Of a stretch of DNA of 64,000 bases, positions 40,921-55,060 are shown one piece after another. The notes under the pieces are model-generated. The model was given only the letters and a program-made list of their open reading frames with translations, was not told where the DNA came from and did not search any database. Positions within the stretch are counted from its first letter, which is position 1. The number at the start of each line of letters is the position of its first letter. This DNA comes from Octopus vulgaris (lineage: Eukaryota), in assembly GCA_951406725.2 (NCBI GenBank), contig OX597831.1:11160001-11224000 (forward strand), in the 5' to 3' direction. Made by a program: the position numbers and the translations under genes.

Positions 40921-41611
40921 TAAAGAGAGACAGAGAGCAAACGCATGTAGAGTGACCGCTGGTGAAGGGGATGGCGGTGATGTTGGTGGCAAAGAGAAAG
41001 ACAAAGAAAGAAAGCAAACAGCCAATGAGAAAGAATGGAAAATGCTGTCCTCTTAATTAGCAAAAGTAATATTAGTTGGCATTTAACGATGCACTTTATA
41101 AGATTGATCTTAAATGGTTTGTATTGATTCACTGGACTGATTGGGTAATGCTACTTACGTGTTGAAGGGAGAAGAAGGAGGAAGAGGAGGAGAAGGAGGA
41201 GAAGGAGAAGAAGAAGAAGAAGAGGAAGAAGACGTCGGCGACTACGATGGAGGAGGAGGAGAAGAAGACGGTGACGACGACAAAGAAGGAGGAGGGGGAG
41301 GAGGAGGAGGAGGAGGAGAAGAAAAAGAAAAACAAGAGGGAGAAGAAGAAGGTGATAGATGAGATGAAGGGGGAGGTAGAAGAGGAAAAACCCGAGAAAG
41401 AAGGAGCAGAGGAGGAGGAAGAGGCAGAAGGGGAGTGAGAGCGGGAGAAGTAGAAATTTGAAGGAAAAGAAAAAGGAAGGTCTAGAATGGTTAATTGAAA
41501 GGAAAGAGCAGGTGAAGAGCACTCTCTCTCTCTCTCTCTCTCTCCCTCTCTCCCTCTCTCTGGTGAGAAATAAATATTGTTTAATGCACACTGTATATAC
41601 TTTTATGATCT

Positions 41612-41689
41612 AGTAACAGTTTCATGCGATGAAAACGACACAGACAGCATTTTATAACACGTCTTTTCCCTTCACGCAATCTTCAGACT
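41612..41689 (-). ncRNA. Hammerhead ribozyme motif with partly decayed helix III
   Basis: AGU-CUGAAGA-U-UGCG-UGAA...UUCA-U-CGCA-U-GAA-ACUGU-U-ACU; same core flanks as the 57688 motif. Confidence 0.55.
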
Positions 41690-41836
41690 CGTGTGTGCAC
41701 ATAGAAGAGTGTGTATATATGTATCCATTTATATATATATATATATGTATATATTTGTATATACACACACAAATATAATGTGCGTGTGTGTGTGTGTGTA
41801 AACTCTTATACACACACATACACGCACATATGTATG

Positions 41837-41904
<68 letters not shown>

Positions 41905-41983
41905 TAAAAAAAGAATGGAGTCGAACGAAGATGTTAACAAAATTCCTTTACTCTCGACACATAGGATAATTCATTCACCTATT

Positions 41984-42034
<51 letters not shown>

Positions 42035-42041
42035 ATATGAC

Positions 42042-42124
<83 letters not shown>

Positions 42125-42189
42125 CATACATGCACTTTAACAGCTTATAACTCTCTTAATCATTTCGTTTTTAGATTAACCTGTAAGAA

Positions 42190-43170
42190 ATAGTGAAGGG
42201 ACCCACACTGTACTTTGAACAAAGGAAATTTACAGGGAATTTGAAAAGGTAGTGGAAGTGCATAGAAAATTTAACAGGGAGTTTCAAACAGATCCACGAA
42301 CTGACAAACCCTTAATCGAATTAGGGATGAGTTTGAAACTGATGGAACCTTTTAGAATTTCCATTTGAATCGTTCTGAAAGACCGCAGGCAGCGATGACC
42401 TCTTCCCACAACGCAACGAGTGTTTTAGAAACGTAATCGCCAGAGATCAGGAAAACCTGTGCGGCGAGTGTGTCGGTCGTGGGAGAGGAAATTCAAAATC
42501 AAATTTTCATCGCTGTCGTTGGAAAAGTTCATACCAAGAATTGTCCATATTCTCAATGAAGATGATCTGGGCAGGAAAGTGTGGTCTCGCGAGCAGTACT
42601 CGGCAAAATGTGTAAAAGATGCAATCTTCCCCCAAAAGATTGTTTGGAGTGAGGAGGCAACATTTAAATTAAATGGCTCAATTAACCGCCACAGTTGCAC
42701 CCACGGGTAGCATCGGAAACCTCATATTACGGAAGGACATCATGTTAATCTATCAGGAATTACAGTATGGTGTGGCATATCTTCAGAATAATTAATCGGG
42801 CTACTCTAATTGGCCCCATTATCTGAATTTGCTGCGACAGTCTGCCATGCCAAGCATTTCTCGAAGACTTTGAAGATGCTGAGTTTTAGTTCCAGCAACC
42901 ATGGTTAATGCAAGACCCTTGATGAGATTTTGCCAAACAGGCGGATTGGACGAATCCCCTCCGCGTTCACCGTACCTCACACGACTAGATTTCTTTTTGC
43001 GGGGATACTTAAAAGATAAATGTTATTGTTAAAACCTGACAACTGTCGACGAAATGGGCGCAGCCATTGAACGAAAATAACGCATAAATACCGACCGAAA
43101 GGGCACCAGTTTGAAAACAAGCGTTCATAGAATGAATAAATTCTATGTGTAGATTGCACTAAATTTTGAA
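42190..43170 (+). pseudogene. Decayed Tc1/mariner-superfamily transposase (rosa/DD41D-like)
   Basis: [24 protein letters not shown]...VWCGIS...FQQ...RIGR...PPRSPYLTRLDFFLRGYLKDK, with many frameshifts. Confidence 0.85.
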
Positions 43171-43303
43171 GAATGAAGTGTATTCTAATAAATACTGACA
43201 TTACACACGCACACACACACACACACATACACACACACGCACACACACACGAACATATGTATGTGTGTTATATATATATATATATATTATATATATATAT
43301 CAC

Positions 43304-43372
<69 letters not shown>

Positions 43373-43392
43373 AGAGAGAGAGAGAGAGAGAG

Positions 43393-43777
43393 AGAAAATA
43401 GTAAAAAGTGAAAAACTACAGAAGGCTTGTTTTATAAGGTTAAAGAATATATTTGAGTCATTATGTCAGAAGAATGTTATAACATTTTTTCATACAGTAA
43501 CATAGTTTTTGAAGAAATTACCGGTTTCGTGTTAACTTTTGAAATTTCTCAAGTGTCTTTACCTACATCATGTTATGTCTTCATAACGAAGACATAACAT
43601 GATGTAGGTAAAGACACTTGAGAAATTTCAAAAGTTAACACGAAACCGGTAATTTCTTCAAAATCTATGTCACTGTATGAAAAAATTTATAACGTTCTTC
43701 CAACATAATGACTCAAATATATTCTTTAACCTTATAAAAGAAGCCTTCTGTAGTTTTTTCACCTTTTACTATTTTCT
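43393..43777. repeat. Long fold-back inverted repeat (~190-bp arms, 5-nt loop), likely PLE-derived
   Basis: Arms 43393-43582 and 43588-43777; the inner ~75 bp are perfectly complementary; loop ATAAC. Confidence 0.95.
43622..43656 (+). ncRNA. Minimal hammerhead-like motif with UUCAAAA core (mirror copy 43514-43548, minus strand)
   Basis: GAAAU-UUCAAAA-GU[UAAC]AC-GAA-ACCGGU-A-AUUUC: 5-bp helix I, palindromic helix III and GUA triplet, but G5 is C. Confidence 0.55.
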
Positions 43778-43816
43778 ATATATCCAACCACGTGCTTTCA
43801 CACACCAACTTTCTCA

Positions 43817-43867
<51 letters not shown>

Positions 43868-43870
<3 letters not shown>

Positions 43871-44032
43871 TTTACTGTTTTACTTGTTTCTGTCATTTGA
43901 CTGCAGCCATGCTGGAGCACCGCATTTAGTCGAATCAAATCGACCCCAGGACTTATTCTTTGTAAGCCTAGTACTTATTTTATCGGTCTCTTTTGCCGAA
44001 GCACTAAGTTACGAGGACGTAAACACACCACC
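43868..44032 (-). mobile_element. SINE family A 3' half
   Basis: Matches the reverse complement of 17545-17710. Confidence 0.85.
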
Positions 44033-44089
44033 ATGTATATATGCATTTTTATGTATATATATACGTGTGTGTGTGCATATACACACACA

Positions 44090-44121
<32 letters not shown>

Positions 44122-44183
44122 CATACGTACATGCATACACACATATGTATGTATGTATGCTTATATTCTTGAGAAAAGTGCGG

Positions 44184-44227
<44 letters not shown>

Positions 44228-44617
44228 GTGTCATCGTACACAACATACGCAACCCAACTGACGAGCGTAGCACGCAGCAAAGTGCAACTACAACCCTGCC
44301 ATCCATCGGTTCGCCCCACAAAATAACCCTTGAACACCTCCGACACTCTTACCTCCACCTACCTTCTCTCCTGCCCTACTTAGTACCCCCAATTCAATAC
44401 ACCTCACCGTTCTCGTCCTGCTAAACAATACAACAGTGGGGGGGGGGGGGTTAGTGCGTGGAGGAAGGTAAAAAAGAAAGAAAAAGAATTCCCGCCCCGC
44501 CCTCAACGCGAACCCCGCGTGTCCTCACCAACCTCCGTCTCCATCAACGACATCATCATCACACACCAGCTTCAGCATCTCTTTCTCACTTGCTCGCAAC
44601 TACCACCGCCGCCGCCG

Positions 44618-44649
<32 letters not shown>

Positions 44650-44862
44650 GTTATCATCTTCTTCGGCACATCTGATTAACCAAACAATTTAACAGGACTT
44701 CTCAGTTCAAACGGCGCAGAAATATTTATATCACCACCACCACCGCCGCCATCACAACCATCCTCTTCTATTTTTGCCGTGTTCACCATCGCCATAACAA
44801 CCCACCAACCAGACTCTAGTCAACTTTATCTCATTCTTCCTTTCTCTCTGTCTGTCTGTCTG

Positions 44863-44895
<33 letters not shown>

Positions 44896-44954
44896 TTCTC
44901 TCTCTCCCATCTATCTCAAAACTTGAATTTTTCTGACACACACAAACACACACT

Positions 44955-44988
<34 letters not shown>

Positions 44989-45305
44989 TATGTGTGTGTA
45001 TGTATGTGTGTATACACACATACATACATATATATTTATATGTATATTCGTATACACAAACATACATACATTCATACATACATTCATACATATATATATT
45101 TATACACACAGACACACACACACATATATATATAGAGAGAGAGACAGACAGACAGACAGAGACAGAGAGGCAAATATATATGTAACTATGTACGCATGTA
45201 TGATGGAGTATGTATACAGACATATACATATATACACATATATCGGTACTCCTACACACATACTATATATATATATATATACACACACATACTATATATA
45301 TATAT

Positions 45306-45394
<89 letters not shown>

Positions 45395-46017
45395 TATATA
45401 TACTCATGTGTACATACGTATGGCTGTGTGAGAGAGAGTGTATGCGCATGCGTGTGTGTCTGTGTACTTGTTTGCGTGTGTAAGCGTTTTACTGATTCAC
45501 TCATCCACCCCTCTCTCTTCCTTCCCCAATGTTTAACTTCACCCTCCTCTTCTTTCCCTCCCTGTTTCTCTCCCTCTCTTTCGCCAACATCATCTTCCCT
45601 CAGTCCACTGCCCCCACCACCACCACCACTACCACCACCCCACTCCCATCCATCGGACACACTCTGTTTCTTCCTCTTCCCGCTATTATGTAATGAATTG
45701 TAGACATAAAAGTAGCCACATTGGAAAGGTCCATAAATGCTGGAAATAATTTCATTATCGCTTCCTAACTCGGCCGCGGTCGGCGACGCCATGTCTTTTC
45801 ACCGCTCGAACGCCACTAAAGCAATTTTTTTTCCCGCCACAAAGATGGTCGGGTCGCTGATCACTTTTGACAGCTGACCCACTGCCCGGATGGTTCCTCA
45901 TTGAGCCGCTGTTTAAGTGAGAAGCACCCATTATGGGAGAAAATGGTTTTCTATTTCTGACTTTTTTCCACCTCTCTCTCTCTTTCTTTTTTTCCTCTTT
46001 GACTATTCAGCTGCCGA

Positions 46018-46059
46018 TCTATCTATCTATTTATCTATCTATCTGTCTGTCTGTCTATC

Positions 46060-46114
<55 letters not shown>

Positions 46115-46236
46115 CCATCTCTATCTATATACCTATTTATATATCAATCTGTCTATCTATTTATATATCTACCTATTTATCTGTGTATCTATCTATCTAT
46201 TTATCTTTCTGTCTGACTGTCTATTATCTATCTATC

Positions 46237-46297
<61 letters not shown>

Positions 46298-46348
46298 ATA
46301 TCTATCTATCTATTTATCTTTCTGTTTGTCTGTCTATTATCTATCTTC

Positions 46349-46408
<60 letters not shown>

Positions 46409-46441
46409 TTATCTATCTATCTATTTGTCTGTCTGTCTGCA

Positions 46442-46480
<39 letters not shown>

Positions 46481-46519
46481 TTCCCTCCCTCTCTATCTAT
46501 CTATTTATCTATCAATCTG

Positions 46520-46580
<61 letters not shown>
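46018..46580. repeat. (TATC)n/(TGTC)n microsatellite
   Basis: Direct inspection. Confidence 0.96.
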
Positions 46581-46582
<2 letters not shown>

Positions 46583-46890
46583 GCGTTTGCCTAACCATCT
46601 CCCGCTTTAACGATCTCATCTATGTAGTCATTTATCTATCTATCTGTTTGTATATAAATGTTTTTTGCATGTGTATACAAACACACACACACACACACAC
46701 ACGCACGCACACACGCACTCGCGCAGTTTCCTTCCTATCTCAAATTTGTTTCTATGTATGTAACTCTACATGTACCCACATGTATGCATGCATGAATTTA
46801 TATGGATTTCTCTTTCTACGTCTTCCATTAAATGTCCATCACGCTCTTTCTTTCTTTCTTTCTTTCTTTCTTCCTTTCTTTCTTTCTCTC

Positions 46891-46948
<58 letters not shown>

Positions 46949-46964
46949 GCATTTGTGTGTCTAC

Positions 46965-47140
46965 GTGCATGTGTTTGTCCACCACCACTGCTTGATAACC
47001 GATGTTAGTGTCATTATGTCCCCGTAACTTAGCGGTTCGGCTTCAAAATATCAAGTACTTGAATCGTTTCATTCCGCTAAAAATTTTTCAAGACGTCGCC
47101 CCAGTATGGCCGCAGTCTAAGAACTAATACAATTAAAAAA
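46965..47140 (+). mobile_element. SINE family A 3' half, diverged
   Basis: TGTCCCCGTAACTTAGCGGTTCGGC...CCAGTATGGCCGCAGTC. Confidence 0.75.
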
Positions 47141-47229
47141 TTGAAAAATATCTATATGTAACATATGGTATAATTATAAACAGGGCAAATTTTAGCCATT
47201 TCTCCACAGACTGAAAAAATTAATGAACA

Positions 47230-47273
47230 ACCTTAATTAATTTTTCGAGCCTTATTGGGTTCTCATCAGGGGC
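47230..47273 (-). ncRNA. Near-intact minimal type-I hammerhead ribozyme motif
   Basis: GCCC-CUGAUGA-GAACC[CAAUAA]GGCUC-GAA-A-AAUUAAUU-A-AGGU; intact core and palindromic helix III; single mismatches in helices I and II. Confidence 0.65.
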
Positions 47274-47362
47274 GTCTACATCATTCTGACAGTCTCAAGA
47301 GAAACAAGCAGTCAACCTGTTTATATACTTACACAAAACAGGAAGTTAGAATTATTTCTCCA

Positions 47363-47414
47363 CCATTACGCATGTTTCATTTGCTAACAGGAATCACAAA
47401 ATCGTACATGATGG
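47363..47414 (-). ncRNA. Degenerate hammerhead motif upstream of the 47230 motif
   Basis: CCAU-C(A)UG(U)ACGA-U-UUUG...CAAA-U-GAA-ACAUGCGU-A-AUGG: helices I-III pair and the triplet is GUA, but the core has two extra nucleotides. Confidence 0.45.
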
Positions 47415-48004
47415 ATAAACATGCCAGAAATTTCGGATCCGATATTCTTCAGACTCAGAATCAAATAATACGGTAGGCGCAAGCGTGGCTGTGTGGTAAG
47501 AAGCTTGTATTAGGCTTACAAAGAATAAGTCTATTTTCTTAAAGAGACTCTGGTTCAGATCGCTGTCGGTTAATGTGAAAATTGTTTGGCTGAGGATGGT
47601 CACGTGATGAGGTAACGAAAATCATTTTTGGCCATTTCTCAGTCATGCCCATATTTTAAGATCATGTGATAGCTACGAGTGATGATCACGCCAAAGGTTC
47701 GGTCCAGGAGTAATATCTCTGAAGGGTGAAAATCCTGCCCGAATATTGTTTGTTTTAATTTCTTAGATGTGTTCTGTAGCTGTGTGATGAACAGATTTTA
47801 AATTTAATGCAAGGTTTGCCAAAAAGCCAACTGTAGATAAATGTATGTTTTCGCTGAGAAGGTCAAATAAAACCAGAATAAGACCAGAATGCCTACAGTC
47901 TGGAATTCCGACGATAAGCAAATTGTCCAAGACAAAAAGATCAGTCTTACTCAGTTTTTGCTGACCGACCAATGCAGTGTGTGAGGGTGTATGTGTGTAT
48001 GATT

Positions 48005-48035
<31 letters not shown>

Positions 48036-48914
48036 ATGCATACGCGTACATACATATATACATATATGTGGATAGGCATACCTTGTGTGTGTGCGTTTAT
48101 GTGTTTATGTATGTATATGAGTAATTTTGTATGTGTGTGTATATATATATGTATTTGTATATATATATGTATATATGTATGTATGTGTGTATATATATAT
48201 ATGTATACATGTATGTATATATATGTATATATATATGTGTGCATGTATGTATTTATGTATATGTATATACACGGATTCATTAGTAAACATACATGAACAC
48301 ATACAAATACCAGTATTCATACACACACACACACACTTATACACATACAATATATTATTTGTATATACATGTATACGCACGCATGCACATATATATGTAT
48401 GCATGTATACGCACACACACACACCCACACACATATATATATGGCCAGCTATCGCTTGTTTTTATTACCCACTTTAGTATTCATAAAACAAACATGTCGG
48501 CCGAAAGCACCGTCCTACCTCCGCCCTCCATCTACGGCCATAGTTATTATTATCCTCATCATTATTGATGTTGTTGTAGAGATGTTATCTTAATTAATTT
48601 ATAGCTTTTCCTCCTCATCATTTTCAATCCTTGAGGAATATTTCCCCATCTCTAAACAGCTTTTAAGGTGGGTGATTAGACTCGTGAAATTAAAATGATC
48701 CTTCCGTCCTTAGTCAAGATAAATGGACCCCGGATCCTAATTATTTACCCCCACACACAGAATAACCATTCCCTTCTCCATTGTTTTAGCTTTTTATCTT
48801 TTCGCTTTGTTTTCTGAATTTTGCTCTTCTTTTTGTAGATTTTTTTTAGCCATTGCTCTCCTCCTTCAGGGTTCTTGTTTCTCTTCTCCTCCTCTTCTTT
48901 TCTCACTGAATCAT

Positions 48915-48952
<38 letters not shown>

Positions 48953-49503
48953 CCTTCCTCTATTTCTCTTCCTCTCTTTCTTTCTTCCACTCCCTCTCTC
49001 TTCCACTCTCTTTCTGTCTCTCTTCCTCTCCCTCTCTATTCTCTCTCTTCCTCTTTTTCGATCCTTCTCTCTTTCTCTTCCTCTCCCTCCCTCTGTCTTC
49101 CTCTGTCTTTCTCTCTCTCTTCCTCTCCCTCTCTCTCTCAGGCTATTTTCCTCTCTGTCTTCCTCTCTCTCTTTTTCTCTGTCTTTCTTCCTCTCTCTGA
49201 GTCTGTCTTCCTCTCTTTCTCTCTCTTTCCATTTCCCTTTTTCTCTGTCTTTCGTTTCTTATTCATTTTCCTCTTTCACATTTCAGTCGTAGCAAAGCGG
49301 CAATGCTGCAGCACGGCTCTGCAGGGTTTAACTGAACGAATGTCACCCCCCGCCCGCCCCAGTACAGTTTCTTTAAGTCTGGTACTTGGGAGACATGAAT
49401 GATTGATCGACAGATAAACATGACTGACTGATATATATTGAATGGTTTCTTGATTGACGGACATGATTGACTGATCGAAATCCAGATAGATAGATAGATA
49501 CAC

Positions 49504-49591
<88 letters not shown>

Positions 49592-49672
49592 CAATTGCAA
49601 CGTGGGAGGTGTTTGTAAGCCATTTCGTTTCAGCACACGATCTCAGATCAAATCACTTGCTATGCAAGTACA

Positions 49673-49721
<49 letters not shown>

Positions 49722-49778
49722 GAGAGAGAGAGAGAGATAAATAGATAGATAGATAGATAGCTAAACAGAAAGAAAGAC

Positions 49779-49840
<62 letters not shown>

Positions 49841-50319
49841 ATGTATATATATATATACGTATGTATGAATATACACATGTATGTATATATATATTTGTGT
49901 GTGTGTATATATATATATATATATAGAAAGAGAAAGAGAGAGAGAAAGAAAGACAGAGAGAGGGAGATAGAGACTGACAAACAGATAGACAGATAGACAG
50001 ACAAGCAGACGGAGAGACATACAGACTGATAGACAATAAACAGATAGACAAACAAACAGGAAAGAAGTCGATCGATCAACCCCCAATACACAACTGGTAC
50101 TTTATTTTAAATCCACTTCTAACTCTTAACATTATTGCCCAACTGACAGGCTTCCACACATTTTCCATTGTATCTATTATCATCTACAAGGCTTGCGTCG
50201 ATACGAGGTTGCGATAAAAGACTTGCCTAAGATACCACACTGCAGGATTGAACCCGAGGTTTCATGATTACGGAACAAGCTTTTTAACCGCTCGGACAGA
50301 CTACTGCATCAAACAACGT

Positions 50320-50378
<59 letters not shown>

Positions 50379-50936
50379 CACACACACACACACATACACA
50401 TACACACACATACACACGCACGCACAGAAAATACAAATTCATACGCAGTCAGACATGCATAAATTATAAATTAACGATTATAATAAGCAGACTTAACCAT
50501 TAATTACCTTTATAAACACATAAAACAACGATTGAAAATATCAGTAATCGATCTGTATCACGTGTCAGGTCAAACGCTATCGATTACACTCCATAATGCG
50601 TTCCATTTGTCGGCAGTTAATAGTCACGTGGTTTGGCTCCAGGCAGACCGTTGCCATATAAAATCGTGGTTATTGTAGTTTAACCTAACACAGTTCTGGT
50701 GAAGCTGGCCTTTGATGAAAAACTTTCCAGCCGTGACCACTTCATCTTTTCCCAGAAAGTATATCTCGGACTATTTTAATTCAACATATCGTCGATATCT
50801 AAGACTGGAGGTTATGATTTAAGGGACGGTTAGCTACTATTTCTGATAGATCTGTCGAGTAAATAGTGGTTCCTACACCAGCTGCATCTGAAAGTACTTC
50901 ACTCAGAAGTGTAACATATTTTGCATAAACATTATA

Positions 50937-51420
<484 letters not shown>

Positions 51421-51940
51421 TAGAAATACACATACACACTCATACATACAAACACACACACACACGCACACACTTACACACACAGACTCACATGCACTCA
51501 CACATACACACATACACACATACACACAAACGCACACACGCACACCCACACGCACACACACATGGATTACTTGACGTCTACTCTGTAGATAATCGCTTCA
51601 GCAATGCACTTTGTGTGACTAATTAAGGACACGCACTTATATTTCTTCATCTTTAATTAACCTCGGTGACTTTGTACTTAATTTGTTTTTGTTATTTTTC
51701 TCCAGACCAGCCTGGATCTAACAGGTCTGGGACCAAGTGTATTCTACCCATGTCTTTCCTTTATTCTTGTCTCCCTCAAAACGCTTCTACATTATGCAAC
51801 GTACCCTTTTCTAAGACGACAGGATGGGATTTGAAGGATTTAGCCGTTACTTCTATCAGGTTCAACGATAATATAGAGTTTCCTTCTTTTAAACTCTGTA
51901 TTTCTTTTATATTTTGATACAGCGGTAACTTAAATTAATA

Positions 51941-52103
51941 CAAGGTGCATTCCAGATGTTTTGGACATCTTCAGGAAAGACATTTGTTAACTTCAAAACA
52001 GGATTTTCTGACTTAAATGCACTTGTTTCAACGCTGCAGCCACTTCGTGAAGACTCCATTGAAGTCTGCCAAAGTGACCGCACCCAGGATCCTTGTCGCA
52101 GCC
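51941..52103 (-). mobile_element. mariner 3' end remnant
   Basis: Minus frame AATRILGAVTLADFNGVFTKWLQR*NKCI*VRKSCFE resembles the mariner C-terminal W...KCI...YFE motif. Confidence 0.65.
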
Positions 52104-52113
52104 TATATAATAT

Positions 52114-53420
52114 GCTACCAGAGATACCCAGCGTTGCCCGTGTTACATGCAATTAGACTTTTCTGTTATATTTTCTCTAATGAACTGGAATACTTATGAA
52201 TCAAATTTCATAAAATTGCAGATGCAGGTTATTTCCCTCTTTACACGCCTTAAAAAATTGTAATCGTGCCACATGTATCCCATACTACTGATTTTTATGC
52301 GCATATTCCAAAATTCCAGTCTTATGGAACCTGTTAAAAAGATTTTGCTCCTGAAAAATGGAGGTCATGGGGCTCTAAAATGTGGGAGTTAAGGCCCCTA
52401 TTGGGGTGGGTGTCTTAATGTCAACCAGAGAAGTTAAATTGTTGAGAATCTTTTTAACTTGGGTCTTATATCTATTATTTGAATTTCTTTGAAATCGGAA
52501 ATATATGTATGTTCACTGGATTTGTAAAAGAGAGCAAAGCTACAGGAAACCAAAAGACGAATGATCACAATAAGCAGTCAGCTACACTACCCAAGTCGTT
52601 ACCACTCCCAATGTAGGATTCCTCACCATACAGGCGACAGGCACAGCCGTAAGATGCATTGCGGATCTATAGCAATTGGAAGGGCGTGACCCAACTGAAA
52701 TAAACATTAACAACTAAGGAGAAATGAAAGTTGCAGTTTGCAAATGACCACTATACTGATACGTAACTGGACAGAATAAATTTATAATCTATAAATGTCT
52801 TTGAATAACCAGTCATTCATCTAGGAAAGCCTTGAAATCAATGTTACCATCTTGGGACTATGTGTGACCGAGTGATAATAAAAAGACTGAAAGGAGGTCT
52901 GCTATCAAATAACTTTACTCAACACTTTGCAACTGAATCAGTGGAGGCCAAGATGCCTCTCATTTACTTGACAATTTATGCAGCACATTGCAGAAATCAC
53001 AATCTAAATATATCTCAAAGCAAACTCTTACACACTTGTACCATTGAATTCCAAGTAATGTTCATCTTTTGTGCTCGGGTGACCCTACAGTTTCCAAGAG
53101 TACAACTGTATTCGTCTTTGCTTAGATAAAATGACTAAATTGTGGGTGTTAAGTCCCCATGGAGGGGTCTTTCTAACTTGTAAGAAGATGAAATTTTATA
53201 AGTTTTACTTCATTTGTGTGTAATATCTATGGTTAAAATTTCCTCAATAGCAAAAATATATGAATTGTCATAGGGGTTATGGCCCTTATGCATATAATAT
53301 AATTTCCAAATTTCATAAAGATCCATTCAGTACTTTTGACCTAGTTTTGGATCATAAAAGAAATGACTAAAATTTGGTAATTTAGTCCCCCATTAGGGGG
53401 TCTTAGGATCCTCATGGGAG
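52114..53420 (-). mobile_element. Probable old non-autonomous Helitron-like element
   Basis: Minus 3' end CGGGCAACGCTGGGTATCTCTGGTAG resembles the Helitron ends at 38262 and 38303; recurring AAATTTCATAAA motifs; 5' boundary uncertain. Confidence 0.5.
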
Positions 53421-54309
53421 GATAATAGCCACAGCATGGCCACAGCCTTAGGGCTGAAACATATAAGAGAATAAAAGAATATATATATGTATGTATGAAT
53501 GTATACATGTATGACAATCTTTCTATACGTATGTGTGTGCATATGTATATATAATTCGGTATAAAAACAAACATTAATGTACTCACACACACACACACAC
53601 ACAAAGGCACACACACATATGCACACTCACACACACGTATATATGACATAGATATGTGCGCACACATGCGCACACACACAGGCACGCATGCGCGTACGCA
53701 CTTCATCATCCAACCCACGAGACACACATCTATCCATGTGTTTATCCATTTATTCTTCTCTCCTATCATCCAAAAAGCTAATCCACGTATCCATTCCATA
53801 CACGAAGTCAATTGATCCTTCGTTCTGCGTCCCGACCGGCTTCCCATGACCTCCCTTCCGTCCATCCACCCATCCATCCATCCATCCATCCATACATACG
53901 TACATATATCCACCAGTAAAAATTGTCCATAATTGCTCTTAAACGGAGCAGGAAGCGTGGGGTTACGAAGTGGCTCAAACTCGGGAAACGAGGTGGAGTG
54001 TAACGTGGAGATTGTTTCGGATTAATTGCTGTCCGTGGAGTTGTTTATTAATTTAGAACAAACATCATTTAAACAAACCTCCCTCCTCATCACCACCACC
54101 ACCACCACCACCACCACCACCACCACCACCACCACCACCACCACCATCAAACCACCTTCACATTAACCAACCCCCCTCACCAACCCCACTGTTACCCACT
54201 TCAACTCCTCCATCTTTTTATTTCTTCATCTACCCCACCCCATCTCACCCCCATCGTTTTTCCTTCTTCTTCTTCTTCTCTTCTTCTTCTACTACTACTA
54301 CTACTACTT

Positions 54310-54340
<31 letters not shown>

Positions 54341-54402
54341 CACACCTACCTTTTTTAGTCTTTTCAAACTCCCTCACACACATACACACACACACATACA
54401 CA

Positions 54403-54438
<36 letters not shown>

Positions 54439-54550
54439 GGCATGCGTACTCGCAACCAGCCCATAACATCCTGGACTACATAGGCATCCACAGACGCATC
54501 TGTCTCTCACTCTCTCTCTCTCTCTCTCTCTATCCCTTTGTATATATGCA

Positions 54551-54614
<64 letters not shown>

Positions 54615-54747
54615 TTTGGGTGTGTGCGTGTATTCATATATAACCGTCACGCATACATATATGTACGCATACATACACATAGACACACACACATATGAAT
54701 ATGTATTTGTGTCTCTATATATATAAATATATATGTGTGTGTGTGTT

Positions 54748-54779
<32 letters not shown>

Positions 54780-55022
54780 TTATATGTTATGTGTTATCGG
54801 CATCCATTTATACTTTCTGCTTTTTACCGCTTTACCCCAACACCTCCTCTACAATATCGTTTCCATATCTATTGATTATCATATAGATTCATATATATAT
54901 ATATACATGTATATATATATATATATACATATATATAAATGAATATGTATGTTTCTACACACGAATATTTACATACATATACACATGCACATTTACACTT
55001 ACACATATATGCACTCATACAT

Positions 55023-55060
<38 letters not shown>

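Noticed and set aside
47585-47640. CUGAGGA...GAAA on the + strand
   Set aside because: Helix I cannot close next to a cleavage triplet.
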